This document shows, piece by piece, positions 18,686 to 29,226 of a DNA stretch of 64,000 bases. Below the pieces are notes generated by a model that was not told the DNA's origin, searched no databases, and was given only the letters and a program-made list of their open reading frames with translations. Origin of the DNA: an uncultured virus (IMG/VR IMGVR_UViG_3300008255_000131). Its lineage: Duplodnaviria; Heunggongvirae; Uroviricota; Caudoviricetes. Position 1 is the first letter of the stretch. Each line of letters opens with the position of its first letter. The stretch lies in IMG/VR virus record IMGVR_UViG_3300008255_000131; one strand, 5' to 3'. The translations under genes and the position numbers were made by a program.

Positions 18686-19587
18686 TTAAATCACATGTTC
18701 CAAAGGTGATGGATTAGCATTGTGTAAGCCGTTACGCATCCAAAGATTAGAAGGATGCTAATGCAAACAAAGGCAAGAAAGTATCCGAAAACTGTTAGGG
18801 CGGCAGAAGCGTTGCCCTGACTTAGGGCGACGCCCATAAAGGTAACAACTAGAAAAACAATAATACCGATGCTCATTTTTATTTCTTTCTAGCTCTGGGC
18901 GACAAGAGCTGCAATCACTTGAAAAACAAGATATGCGAGTGCAAAAACTACAGCCGAGCCCCAAAGCATATGAATCCAGAAGATGAAGAATAGTTGAACG
19001 AGTTTTGCGATGGCGTCAATCATTTTGGTTGGTTCCTCTCCACCTCAACTTAATCACACTTCACCACTTGGCAAGAGGCAAGCACAAAAATTTTCCTTCA
19101 CAGCAACCCCATCTTTTATCTTGAGCAACTTAATATTTCCAAGTCAATATCTCCAAGTTCAAAGTGCGGACCTACAAAATCCGGCAATTTATCCCAAACA
19201 TTTTCTTTTGAAATTTTATCAAGAACAAATTCAAGCAATGAATGACTTGCAGCCCCAAGAAAGTCTTTGCTTGGTAGGTTATCTGCCTCTATAAAGGCAG
19301 AGCCTTTTGGTGTTTGGATCAAGGCTGCAACCGGAATCCTAAAATCAATAGCAAGTTTGGGTCGAAAATAAATTGTTCGATATGAAATATTTATGGAGCC
19401 CAAATTTCTACTTCTTTCTTATTCTTTCTTACAATAAAACCTTTTGTTTCAGCATATCTTAATTTTTCACTTAATTCAAATTCATGCTCGTCAAAGTGTT
19501 TTACGATTTCGTTAAAGGTCTTTCCTTTTCCTTCTACTATAAACTCTATAATCTCTTCTATAGTTGCCATACTATATTTTACTAATT

Positions 19588-20112
19588 TTAATCGTCAATC
19601 AATTTAGCAAATATATTGGCTAAGCTGGCTGTATACAAGCCGCTAAGATTTTTTCCTTCACTTTTTGCAAACTGAAAGAACGTAATTCCATGACGATCAA
19701 ATTCAATTTGAATTCCATCGGTTTCGTCATTTTTTGTCAATCCAGTAGTAATAAAAAGTCGTACCCCTCCATTATTTGTACCATTAACTTCTAAACTGAA
19801 CTCATATTCTTTATTTTCTTTAATAATTGATGAAAGAAAATTTAGAAACCGGCTTGCATGGGTGATTGCCGCAGTTTCAATTGGAGGAGCGTTGTAACCA
19901 TCCCAGCCAGGCTTTAGATCCTCTAATTTTCTTAGATCTTGTCGGCTATTTTCAAGCCATGTCTCATTGTTTTTAATCTCCATTTTTATTCCCCTTTGCT
20001 TAATTCTTCTCTGGCACCAAAGACAATTTTTTTGATTTACTTTTCCGGTATATTGTCTGCATCCTTCTCCTTTACATAAAGGAAAAGATAATTTAGTTGT
20101 ACTTTCCATCAA
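19588..20112 (-). CDS. Phage hypothetical protein (L..GWDGYNAPP motif)
   Basis: LEDLKPGWDGYNAPPI motif; true start may be downstream. Confidence 0.55.
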   Translation of the reverse strand: MMESTTKLSFPLCKGEGCRQYTGKVNQKNCLWCQRRIKQRGIKMEIKNNETWLENSRQDLRKLEDLKPGWDGYNAPPIETAAITHASRFLNFLSSIIKENKEYEFSLEVNGTNNGGVRLFITTGLTKNDETDGIQIEFDRHGITFFQFAKSEGKNLSGLYTASLANIFAKLIDD

Positions 20113-20122
20113 ACCTTCTCCA

Positions 20123-20293
20123 TCATTTCACTAAGCCTGTGCCTTTGCAGCCCGAGCATGGTGCGGGGATCATTGGCGTTCCTAGGAACGCCGCCAAGAG
20201 ATCTGCGAAGCTGCACAGAAACGTCTCCAGACGTGTGACACCACAGCCTTGGCACCGAGGACAGAGCTTCATTCTCCGAGCATAATAGTTCAT
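20123..20293 (-). CDS. 56-aa DnaJ-type zinc-ribbon microprotein
   Basis: CPRCQGCG and CSGCKGTG (CxxCxGxG twice); not in the ORF track. Confidence 0.6.
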   Translation of the reverse strand: MNYYARRMKLCPRCQGCGVTRLETFLCSFADLLAAFLGTPMIPAPCSGCKGTGLVK

Positions 20294-20474
20294 TATTATG
20301 CCAAGCTCTTTTTCTCTTTAAATTCTGAATTTGTTTCTTTTTCCCAATCTTCAGAGTTCATTAGCGATGCAATGACTTCTGAAATATATTTTTTTTGCTC
20401 TTCATTTGGATTTACTTTGCAAGAGAAAACAAATGCCTTTAAAAGCTCTGGGTACGTAGGTTTTGAATTGTTCA

Positions 20475-20816
20475 TTACTCTGGCTCCATTGTTACAGTTA
20501 GAGGGTATTCGGTATTTTTGGTGATCATTTCGACTTGGCAGACTTTTGTTTCTGCAATCTCATGAGTAAAGGTTCCAGCAATGCCTTTTCCCTGCTTATG
20601 AACAGAAGTTGCAATTGCAAATGCTTCATCTTTGGTCTTATGAAAGACTTGCATAAGAACCATTTCTACGAAGTCAAAAGGAGTATAATCGTCATTGATA
20701 AAAATGACATGATATTTCCTAGGCTTCTTTAGATTAGTCTTTTTTTCAACAACGTTTTTAACTTCAGCCATCGTTTTTCTCTTTTCTGTTAGTTTTGGTG
20801 CAAAGCCAAAAATCAC
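20475..20816 (-). CDS. clpS: ATP-dependent Clp protease adaptor ClpS
   Basis: YHVIFINDDYTPFDFV...VHKQGKG...EIAETKV...YPL; start probably at MAEVK. Confidence 0.93.
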   Translation of the reverse strand: MIFGFAPKLTEKRKTMAEVKNVVEKKTNLKKPRKYHVIFINDDYTPFDFVEMVLMQVFHKTKDEAFAIATSVHKQGKGIAGTFTHEIAETKVCQVEMITKNTEYPLTVTMEPE

Positions 20817-20908
20817 CTATTTCACAAGATGAACAGTTGCACCTGAAAAATGTTCCAAATATCCATAAAGCTGGTAGGGTTACAAGTAAAAATGCTAATT
20901 TCATCTTG

Positions 20909-21643
20909 CTATCCATTCATATTTTTGACAATATCAAACAAATCTTCTTCTTTGTCTGACGATGCAACATTCTTGAAGTTTGCTCGCGGATCAAGAATTT
21001 TAAGCATACTATAAAGTCGATCAGAATTGTTGTCACAAATTTCAGAAAGCCTGTTGAAAAAGTTATCTTTCAGCTTGAACTGTCGTTCCACAAATTCGTT
21101 GCTTTCAATGTCCTCTTCGGAAATTTTTCCGATAAACTCAACAAAGGCATTGAAATAGGCTTCATTGCTTTGAAGCTTTTTGAGATCAATCTTGAATCCG
21201 GTCACTTCAAAATATTCGCTCATATCAATGCCAAGTTCCCCTTCAATCTCTTCCTGCTTGCTGGCGGTGAAGGTGATGTTGCTCGTCATCACGTAATCGA
21301 GACTTGACCTGACGGCCTTCCAGGTGCGAGTTGCCGGTCGTTCCTTCTCGTTTGCCCAAGTGCGAGCAAAGTTCTCTAGCAAGAAACTTTTCAGGGTTGC
21401 TTTATGCTCTGCCACTTTTCGCAGAGCTGCGGAAGCAACGGCATCTGCCGCCGCAAATTCGTCCATCAACTCAGAGAATGAAGGACGTTGACACTTTGAT
21501 TCGGTCGGAAAATGAGAAACGGGTTTTTGCTTTTTTGCAGCTTTGCTCTTTGAATCACCAAGCTTTTTGGGCTTTAGGAAGTTTAGGGTTTGTGGCGGGG
21601 TCGCCGCCTTTACGGTGTTCTTTTTCTTTGCGGGAGCGGGCAT
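20909..21643 (-). CDS. Hypothetical early protein with basic N-terminus (leaderless start MPAPAKK)
   Basis: ATG at 21643 lies 6 nt after the -10 box. Confidence 0.7.
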   Translation of the reverse strand: MPAPAKKKNTVKAATPPQTLNFLKPKKLGDSKSKAAKKQKPVSHFPTESKCQRPSFSELMDEFAAADAVASAALRKVAEHKATLKSFLLENFARTWANEKERPATRTWKAVRSSLDYVMTSNITFTASKQEEIEGELGIDMSEYFEVTGFKIDLKKLQSNEAYFNAFVEFIGKISEEDIESNEFVERQFKLKDNFFNRLSEICDNNSDRLYSMLKILDPRANFKNVASSDKEEDLFDIVKNMNG

Positions 21644-21678
21644 AGCTAGAATATAGCCACGATTCCAACCGTTGTCAA
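21641..21678 (-). promoter_or_regulatory. sigma70 promoter, leaderless
   Basis: TTGACA-17-TATATT-6-ATG. Confidence 0.75.
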
Positions 21679-22039
21679 CCTTCTTTCTTTGGCAACATAA
21701 ATCTTCTTTTAAATGCTTCTCCACCAAGCTTTCTGGGTGTGTATTATTGTTCTTGCTACCATCTTTTAGTTTTCTTTACAAAAGATGGCCGAAAAAAGAA
21801 TGGGAAATTTCTTTTGTTAGCAATAAATTTTATTATAGCAAGCGGAAAAAGAATATAAAATGTTATGACAATAAAACCAGCTTGAATGATTTGATCAGAT
21901 TGCATTTCAGGCTTCCAGAAAAGCATAAAAAGCGAAATAAGGGCCAGAACATCAATAACAATATGTTTTATTATATTAAGAAATTTCAATTTCAAAATTT
22001 CCTTTCATTTTTAGGGCTTTAGTATAGCCTCTCAATGTT

Positions 22040-22681
22040 TCAGGTTCGTTCATTTTTTACTTCCTTTTCTTTTTCTTCTTCTTTTTCAGAGGCTTCTTCG
22101 CAAATAATGTTTGAATAACAAAAATTAAATTTAAATAACTTATCTTTCATTTTTGATTTTCCTTGAATTTTGGACTTTCCATAAATTTTAGAATTTTCTG
22201 TGACAGAAGATTTTCCGCATACCTCTGCTTCGTCACATATTATTGCACTTCCATAAGCCTGAGCTTCTCCATAAATTTTTGCAAAACCAGAGACTTCTGC
22301 CCCTCCATAGACGAGAGCCATTCCACATATTTCTGCATTATCTGAAATGTCAGCGTAGCCAAAAACCTGAGCGCTGTCATTTATGATAACATTATTCCAT
22401 AATCTTGCTCTGCCAAAAACTTTGGCATCCCCACAAACTACAACTTCATCATGAATCTCTGCATTTTCAAAAATTTTAGCATTATGAAAAATTTTAGCAT
22501 TATTGTTTATTCGTGCGCATCCAGAAACCTGAGCATTATATCCAATATAAGCTGAATTTGAAACAAAAGCCGAATCCGCAACCCAACCTCCTTCCGATCC
22601 ATCAGGATTTTTATGCCGATGGGCTGGAACCAAACCATTTCCATTGAAATCAAAGAATTTTTCAAAATTCTTATTTGCCAA
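22040..22681 (-). CDS. Left-handed beta-helix hexapeptide-repeat protein, paralog 1
   Basis: FDFNGNGLVPAHRHKNPDGSEGGWVADSA + [GN]xA[KE][IV][FY] repeats + FKFNFCYS. Confidence 0.85.
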   Translation of the reverse strand: MANKNFEKFFDFNGNGLVPAHRHKNPDGSEGGWVADSAFVSNSAYIGYNAQVSGCARINNNAKIFHNAKIFENAEIHDEVVVCGDAKVFGRARLWNNVIINDSAQVFGYADISDNAEICGMALVYGGAEVSGFAKIYGEAQAYGSAIICDEAEVCGKSSVTENSKIYGKSKIQGKSKMKDKLFKFNFCYSNIICEEASEKEEEKEKEVKNERT

Positions 22682-23240
22682 ACTTTACCTATCTTCTATA
22701 GGATCTGCATAATGCAAAATTGTAAAAAGAGTTTCCAGTTTTGTTGGAATTAAGTTTGAAGAATCATTTTTATCAATCCTCCACTCTTCAACTTCGCAAA
22801 CGCTTAAATTTTCCGATTCTTCTGAATGCAAGAAATTAGGTATTTGACCCAAAAGATCTTCAAGAGAGTTGTTTGAATCTTCAACGATTGTTCCATAGAT
22901 CAGATGAAACCTTGCCAGAATGTAGCGATCGCCTTCTGCTTTTTGATTTGATGCATTTTTCATGTCTTGTGGTAATGATGATGTCATTTATTTTTATTCC
23001 TTTTTATAATTTGGAGGACTTGGCGTTTTTAATGGAATATGCCAAATCTTGTTTGGAGAGTCAAGGCCAAAGTCCTCAACAAACAAAATGCCGTTGCCGT
23101 TGCATACCGAAAAGTGTTTTCCATCTAATTTGAGACAGACTCCTTGCTGGACTGTTCCTGGATATCGTTTCTTGTCTTTGTGAAGAATGAAAAACCAATA
23201 GTTGCCAGCTTTGCTAGGAAGTCCTTCTATCCATTTTTCT

Positions 23241-23699
23241 TCATTGGTTTTCATATGCTGTTTTCCATTCCATTTTATTAGTTTCGTATTTTATTTCTTC
23301 ATAATCATCATTGTCAGTGATGTCGGAATAATAAAAATCAAATTGAAAAATTTTGTCAATAATTTTTGATTTTCCTTTTATTTTTGATTTTCCTTTTATT
23401 TTTGATTTTCCTGAAACTATAGAATTTTCAAAAACCCGAGCAGTCCCAAAAACTTCTGCTTTATCAGAAATTATCGCATTATTGAAAACTTTGGCAAATC
23501 CGAAAACTTTAGCATCTTGCCATATTTCAGCCTTCCCCCAAACTTCAGCATTTTGAAAAACCATTGCATTTCTAGCAACCAAGACAGACGATGCCACATA
23601 GGCCGAATCAGCCACCCAGCCACCTTCTTCTCCATTAGGATTGATATGCCGCTTCGCGGGAACCGGACCTTTGCCATCTCCAAAATCAAACGTGTTCAT
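23241..23699 (-). CDS. Left-handed beta-helix protein, paralog 2
   Basis: Same N-cap and FQFDFYYS C-cap. Confidence 0.85.
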   Translation of the reverse strand: MNTFDFGDGKGPVPAKRHINPNGEEGGWVADSAYVASSVLVARNAMVFQNAEVWGKAEIWQDAKVFGFAKVFNNAIISDKAEVFGTARVFENSIVSGKSKIKGKSKIKGKSKIIDKIFQFDFYYSDITDNDDYEEIKYETNKMEWKTAYENQ

Positions 23700-24018
23700 A
23701 ACTTAATTTGAAAAGTTTTCTTTTCCATAGTTTGGAAACCGAATAACCCATCCATCATAATCAAAAGGAATGTTTTCCTTATCTTCCTCTGGATGGAGAA
23801 TTAAGTATTTTTTTCCGTATATTGAAGCTTGCTGTGCAACATATTCTGTTGCGGATACTCCGCTCAAAACGGTATTGTCGGCCCAAAAACGAGCTTTTTC
23901 ATTGCGAAAATAAACAAGTGGAAATTTATTGTTTTGAATCATAAAATGCTGACCAATGGGATCATGGCTCATTTTTGAAACGTTGTCAACCTTGAAAGTA
24001 TTTGTGTTTTTCATAAAA

Positions 24019-24408
24019 TTACTCCTCTTCATCCGTGATAGGATCGTGGTAAGTGTAAAATGATGGCAAGTATTTTTTCGGCAATTCACTTACTTCAACA
24101 ACATAGAATTTTCGATTTCCATCGTTGTAATAATCACATAGCCATCCAATGTTTGAACTCCTCTCAATCATCAATCCAAACATTGTTAGGTCTAGGCTCA
24201 AGTATTCAGAGATACTCTTTTCATCTGAACGAACAATTAATGTTCGTTGTTTTTCTTGGTCGCAAGAGCAAAGCTTTTCAATGTATAAATTTGAATATTT
24301 ATCAGAAAGCTCACTTAGAAGTGGGCCGTCAAAATACTCCAAATCACGTACATGAACAAGGTCGGGAACCTGTTTTGCTTCTAGACCAATTGTTTCAAGA
24401 GTTTCCAT
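24019..24408 (-). CDS. Hypothetical protein (EYFDGPLL motif)
   Basis: 129-aa ORF. Confidence 0.55.
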   Translation of the reverse strand: METLETIGLEAKQVPDLVHVRDLEYFDGPLLSELSDKYSNLYIEKLCSCDQEKQRTLIVRSDEKSISEYLSLDLTMFGLMIERSSNIGWLCDYYNDGNRKFYVVEVSELPKKYLPSFYTYHDPITDEEE

Positions 24409-24603
24409 TTTATAATCCTTCCTTGAGCAATGTTTTTTCTTTTTCTTCAGGAAATCGCTTTAGATATTCTTTAAAAAGCTCATCTGCGCCCATTGCGGCA
24501 CTATTTGCTTTTTCAGATAAACTGCTGCAATATGAGACATTCCCAGGTTGGTAGCAAGCAACCGCGAACCTAACCCAAATTTCATTTTTAGATAGATTTT
24601 TCA

Positions 24604-25323
24604 TTAGATATTTTCCTTCCAATAAAACGTTCGAAACCCATCTCCATGTTGATTGCGGTTTTCGCTTCGCATTCGGGGAAGCTTCCCATCTTTGAACATT
24701 CGATGAAAGGCCGCAAAAACTGCACTTGAACTGAAATTGTGCTGCGCAACGGACATAATTTCGGACTTGAGTTCTGAGACCAACATTGGAATTCCAACCA
24801 TAAGAGAGTTTACACCCATTCGAACTAGCTCGTCAACATCGGTGACGACTGGCTTCTCACTATGCGAAATCTCTACGGGCTTGGCAGCCTTCGGAGCAGG
24901 CGGGGCAGGCTTCTCCACAACCCCAGCCTTCTCGTGCTTCGCAAGCCAAAATAGCTGCCCCTTCTTTTTCCCATTGTCTACGACAATTCCCTCCTCAACC
25001 AATGCAAGAAGCGAAGGACGGATCTTTGCATCATAAGTGTCAAGCTTTTCGCACAAAAACTTGCGAGAAACATGATCCTTCGCTTCTTCCATAATTTCAA
25101 GGATGGCCGCCTTGTAGTCAAGATCGTCCTTGGAATCAGGAACCTTTGCACTAGCTAGCGCATAACGTGTTCCGCGCTTCTGTCCAGTGATTTGAAAAGT
25201 TCCATCCTTGATCTTTTCTTTCAGTTCAAGGCGAAGCGTTGGCGCATCTTGACCAGTAAGCTTGACCAGCTCTCCCATAGAGAGCCAAGGACCGTGTTCT
25301 TGTAGGGCGGTGGTTACGTTCAT
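24604..25323 (-). CDS. Tandem winged-helix DNA-binding protein
   Basis: HTH segments followed by wings GQKRGTRYAL and GKKKGQLFW; Pro/Ala/Lys linker. Confidence 0.6.
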   Translation of the reverse strand: MNVTTALQEHGPWLSMGELVKLTGQDAPTLRLELKEKIKDGTFQITGQKRGTRYALASAKVPDSKDDLDYKAAILEIMEEAKDHVSRKFLCEKLDTYDAKIRPSLLALVEEGIVVDNGKKKGQLFWLAKHEKAGVVEKPAPPAPKAAKPVEISHSEKPVVTDVDELVRMGVNSLMVGIPMLVSELKSEIMSVAQHNFSSSAVFAAFHRMFKDGKLPRMRSENRNQHGDGFRTFYWKENI

Positions 25324-25344
25324 ATTTGAGTTCCTTCTGCCTAC

Positions 25345-25372
25345 AATATAGGCACGGACAAGAGAGTGTCAA
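25345..25372 (-). promoter_or_regulatory. sigma70 promoter
   Basis: TTGACA-16-TATATT, short leader with AAGGA SD. Confidence 0.7.
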
Positions 25373-26834
25373 CAGGCGCACTCAAATTATCTTCTTGGGC
25401 ACTCAGCACTATCTAGCAGACGGTATGACTCAGTAATACCCCAAAAGCTCCGTTTAAGATTTGTTTTTCTCTCATATGCTTGAATAATTAGATCAAGAAA
25501 AAGAAGACCTATAGATTCCAAAGCATCACATATTACATTAAATGTATCTAAATCAAATTCTAAAGGAACAAAAGACTATTCAATGACTTCCAGTCTGTTC
25601 GCTTCAATCTTTACCTTTTTTTTGCAATCATATGATTCTACAAGTCTAGCAGATTGATAAGATTTTCCTCTAATAGTTTTTATGACCGTTCCTTCAAATC
25701 CGACCAATGGGCCGCGAACGTAATTTGTTCTGACTTTTTTTCCTTTGTTTGTCGAATTTATATTCGCTAACACAATATCATTATGTTCGGCATGACTTGT
25801 TTCTAATATTTGCTTAGCCATCTCTCTGTATGCCATTAGATATAAATTTCTTGGCGCATCAACTTTGGCGCCAACAAGTTTTATATTTATACTTTATATC
25901 TAAAACAAGAAATTTTCCTTTTCTCCATACAAGAATGGAAGTTTCATCTTTTGCAAGCACACTTTCCTTAAAGAATTCTTTTCCATTTTCGTGAAAGGCG
26001 GGCATTATTTTAGTCCATTCAGAATTTGCTTTACCACATCTGGGTCTTTTGCTTCAAGCAGCTTAAATTCAGCTTTTTCATAAAAAGATGCTCTTTGTTT
26101 TATATAGTTTTTTGCTCCAAACGAAATTGTAAGAAAGGCCACGATTAAATTTTCATCAAGACGATCTAAATCAACTTTTGATAATATTTCATCTATCTCT
26201 TCAAATCTTTGTTCGCAACATAGATTGTCAATATTATCAAAAACAACATCAATCGCTTTTCTCATTTTGTTGGTTTCAAACAACGAATAAACATCTTCTA
26301 GCCAAGCTTCGTTATATGTCATTTGATTCCTTTGTTATAATTTTCATCCACTTATTCCATCGATTATAAAATCTCTGTTTATATTCAAAGGAATCTTTTG
26401 GTTTTGGCCATAACATCCCAGTAAAATTAAAAGAAAAAACATTGATATATTCCAAGGGGCTATTATATCTAAATGTTGGCGCTTCTATGTTTGTTTCGCA
26501 CATATTTTTTTCAAAATTTTCATTGAAAATATAATTTTTAATCATTTTTTTGGTAATTCTTGAATCGTAAAATCTTTTTAGATTTCTCAATATGGAATAT
26601 TGAGAAATCTATTTCTTTACATACTCTTTTTAAGCTTTTGTTTTTCATATTCTTGTTCCGTTGATTCTTTGACATTTCTGCTTGTTCCGATATACGTTCC
26701 CTGATCTCCATAAGAATCAGTTCCATACAAAAAAGAGAAATTGCAAGCATTTGGACGAACGTCTGTAACCAATGAAATTATTCCATCTTCACGCATAACA
26801 TAATCTCCAATTTTTACATCAATTGATTTTTTAT

Positions 26835-27140
26835 TCATCTTCTTCTTTTCTTGTGATTATTCGAAAGTTTGTTGCTGTCAACATATTCTGGATCTCTTTC
26901 AAATTGCTTTTTCGTAAATTTTATGAATTTTTGAATTCTTTCGTCGGCAAGAATTGCTTCAATGTTGTTGAATGTATCCCTAAGTTCGTTTTCGCTCCAT
27001 AGGCTATGAAGCTTTCCATGACAAACCGTATGCATCAATTCTGTTTCTTTTCCGCCTTTTAGTTTAGGAATTAAATGATGACGATTGACCGAAGGGCCGT
27101 CAATCATTGGCATATCGCATATTGGGCAATTTTCAATCAT
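26835..27140 (-). CDS. Small HNH nuclease
   Basis: CPIC...HHLIPK..GG...HTVCHGKLH. Confidence 0.8.
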   Translation of the reverse strand: MIENCPICDMPMIDGPSVNRHHLIPKLKGGKETELMHTVCHGKLHSLWSENELRDTFNNIEAILADERIQKFIKFTKKQFERDPEYVDSNKLSNNHKKRRR

Positions 27141-27612
27141 TTTTTAAAGAAGAAGTGAGCGTATTGATAGCAAGACGAATTAGAAAAAGCAAACCTCATT
27201 AGTTTTCCTAGCGGTGTGTGAATTAAACTTATTTCACTTATTTGATATTTGCAATTGTGAATGTTGTCAACGACAATATCTCCAACATTAAAAATTCTTT
27301 TATATACCGATTCTTCAATAATGTCATTAAGTTTCATTTAATTGATTCCCATCCTCTTGATGTAAATACTTTACCATTATAAACTTCTCCTTCAAAAGCT
27401 GGGCGGCTATGATCGTTGTTTAAATGGCAAGGAACAGGCTTGTTTTTTAACTTTTCTTCTTCGATCGCCTTAGCCCATTTGTCTTCGTAAAGTTGAACAA
27501 ATAAGATCTTTTTTAGCAAAAATATAGTCCTTAATCATTCGCATTGTGATGCCAGGATCATGATCTTGCATGTATTCCAAAACTTCATTTTCATCAATTT
27601 CAATAATAAATT

Positions 27613-28866
27613 TCATTCTTCGTTTTTCCAATCAAACTTTTTATAATTTTCGTTGAGCCAACCTCGAAATTTTGGCGATACATCTCGAATCTCTTTGGTC
27701 ATAAATTCTTCTGCATTTTTGAAGAAAAATGAATGAACCCTTTTGTCTGCATTTTGCTGAATAAATGCAGCGTACTCTTTTCGGCTTTCAAAAGGGCAGT
27801 TGTCTTGCAAATTTTCTGCTGTTAAAAGGGTTGATTCCAAAAGACTTTCTGCCTCCTGTTTTATTTTGTCAGCAAACTCCCTGAGCCGATCAGACAAAAC
27901 GTCATAAATGTCATCCACAAACCCTAAAAATACAGCATCAATGATTTGGTTTTTGCTGTGAGCAATGTCTCCTCCTCCAAAACTATGAAGGCTAACATAT
28001 TGTGAATTTTTCATTTTTGCTAAAGGATGAAAACAATTCAGATCATAAAGAACAAATCCTTCTGGGTACTTACCGTACTTGTCAGTTTTTGCCGATTCTT
28101 CAATAAACTGCTTTACGTCCTCTAAAGACCTAAGTCCAATTTGTGTAGGATAAATTAGTTGAGGAAGCACAACATTTGCTTCCCGAAATGGGCCATATTC
28201 TATCATATCTTCCAGGTCACCATTAAGAGAATAATAATCTCCCCATACACGATCTCTCACTCCAAGAAGAACAGCGTGATCTGCTGGGTATTGTGTTACA
28301 ATCCTGTTTTCTTCGGTGCAAAGCTCAAAAATATATGTTAGCTCTGGTACAAGATCATCCCAGATAATATTTCCAACTGTCTTGAAAAACAATTGATCAA
28401 ATGTAAGATTGCTTTCATGGGCCATGAGCGGAGTGATCGTGCCTAGTGTCGAAGCTCTCCACTTGGCGCCATCATGCCAAAGCTGAATGCATGTTCCATC
28501 TGCTTTCGTCGCAAGGCAAGACTGTTCCAGTAGATCTTCATTGAAGACTTTCGGATCAAAAACGGGACAATGGCCCTCATGCTGATTAAAGAATTTGTCA
28601 AATGGACGAGATTTGAATTCCCATCCATCATTATCCGAAAATTTCAGAATGCTTCCGCGACATTCAAGAGTTTCTGGTTCCCATTTTGCCGATATAATGC
28701 CATATTTGAAGAGATATAAGTCTCCTTCATTTTTGACATTAACACCAAATTTGGTCGAAAAATCTTCGGCCAGATTTTCAGGATTTTGATGGTTTTCGTT
28801 TAGATATCTTTCTAAATTGCTCATATTACCTTCCTTTAGGTTCGTCCTGGTTTTCTGGTGGACCAT
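27613..28866 (-). CDS. T4 Rnl1-like RNA ligase
   Basis: ECRG, RPFDKFFN, KADGT (motif I), FEL..EENRIV, EGFVL and KMKN..Y motifs. Confidence 0.85.
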   Translation of the reverse strand: MVHQKTRTNLKEGNMSNLERYLNENHQNPENLAEDFSTKFGVNVKNEGDLYLFKYGIISAKWEPETLECRGSILKFSDNDGWEFKSRPFDKFFNQHEGHCPVFDPKVFNEDLLEQSCLATKADGTCIQLWHDGAKWRASTLGTITPLMAHESNLTFDQLFFKTVGNIIWDDLVPELTYIFELCTEENRIVTQYPADHAVLLGVRDRVWGDYYSLNGDLEDMIEYGPFREANVVLPQLIYPTQIGLRSLEDVKQFIEESAKTDKYGKYPEGFVLYDLNCFHPLAKMKNSQYVSLHSFGGGDIAHSKNQIIDAVFLGFVDDIYDVLSDRLREFADKIKQEAESLLESTLLTAENLQDNCPFESRKEYAAFIQQNADKRVHSFFFKNAEEFMTKEIRDVSPKFRGWLNENYKKFDWKNEE

Positions 28867-29137
28867 TTAGCCAATCGATTTCTTTCATATAAGCATTCTC
28901 CGTAAGGTCAGAAAAACCATTAAACATTTTTTTAGACTCTTGTTTTGCAAAGCTCCAAGCAACAACTTGTCCAATAGCAATCATGGCAAGGCTTATAATT
29001 CCCAGCGAAGCAACAAAGCCCCAAGACCAACCGCCAGCTACTGCCACAGAAAATGCCTTAAGGATTGCAAAAATTATTGAAACAACAAAGCTGGCGGTTC
29101 CGAAGTAAGTAAGAAATATCGAAAAGAAAAGTTTCAT
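28826..29137 (-). CDS. Two-TM membrane protein (leaderless)
   Basis: Two hydrophobic helices flanking GGWSW. Confidence 0.65.
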   Translation of the reverse strand: MKLFFSIFLTYFGTASFVVSIIFAILKAFSVAVAGGWSWGFVASLGIISLAMIAIGQVVAWSFAKQESKKMFNGFSDLTENAYMKEIDWLNGPPENQDEPKGR

Positions 29138-29172
29138 ATGACGATATTACTCTCTTCTTCTTCGGAAGTCAA
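29135..29172 (-). promoter_or_regulatory. sigma70 promoter, leaderless
   Basis: TTGACT-17-TAATAT-6-ATG. Confidence 0.65.
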
Positions 29173-29226
29173 CCAAAATAAAATTCTAATATTTACTTTT
29201 TTTAAATATCTGAGATCATATAATTT

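Noticed and set aside
26538..26838. Possible frameshift extending 26617-26838 into KRVCKEIDF...
   Set aside because: Plausible at an A-run, but there is no motif or paralog to support the join.
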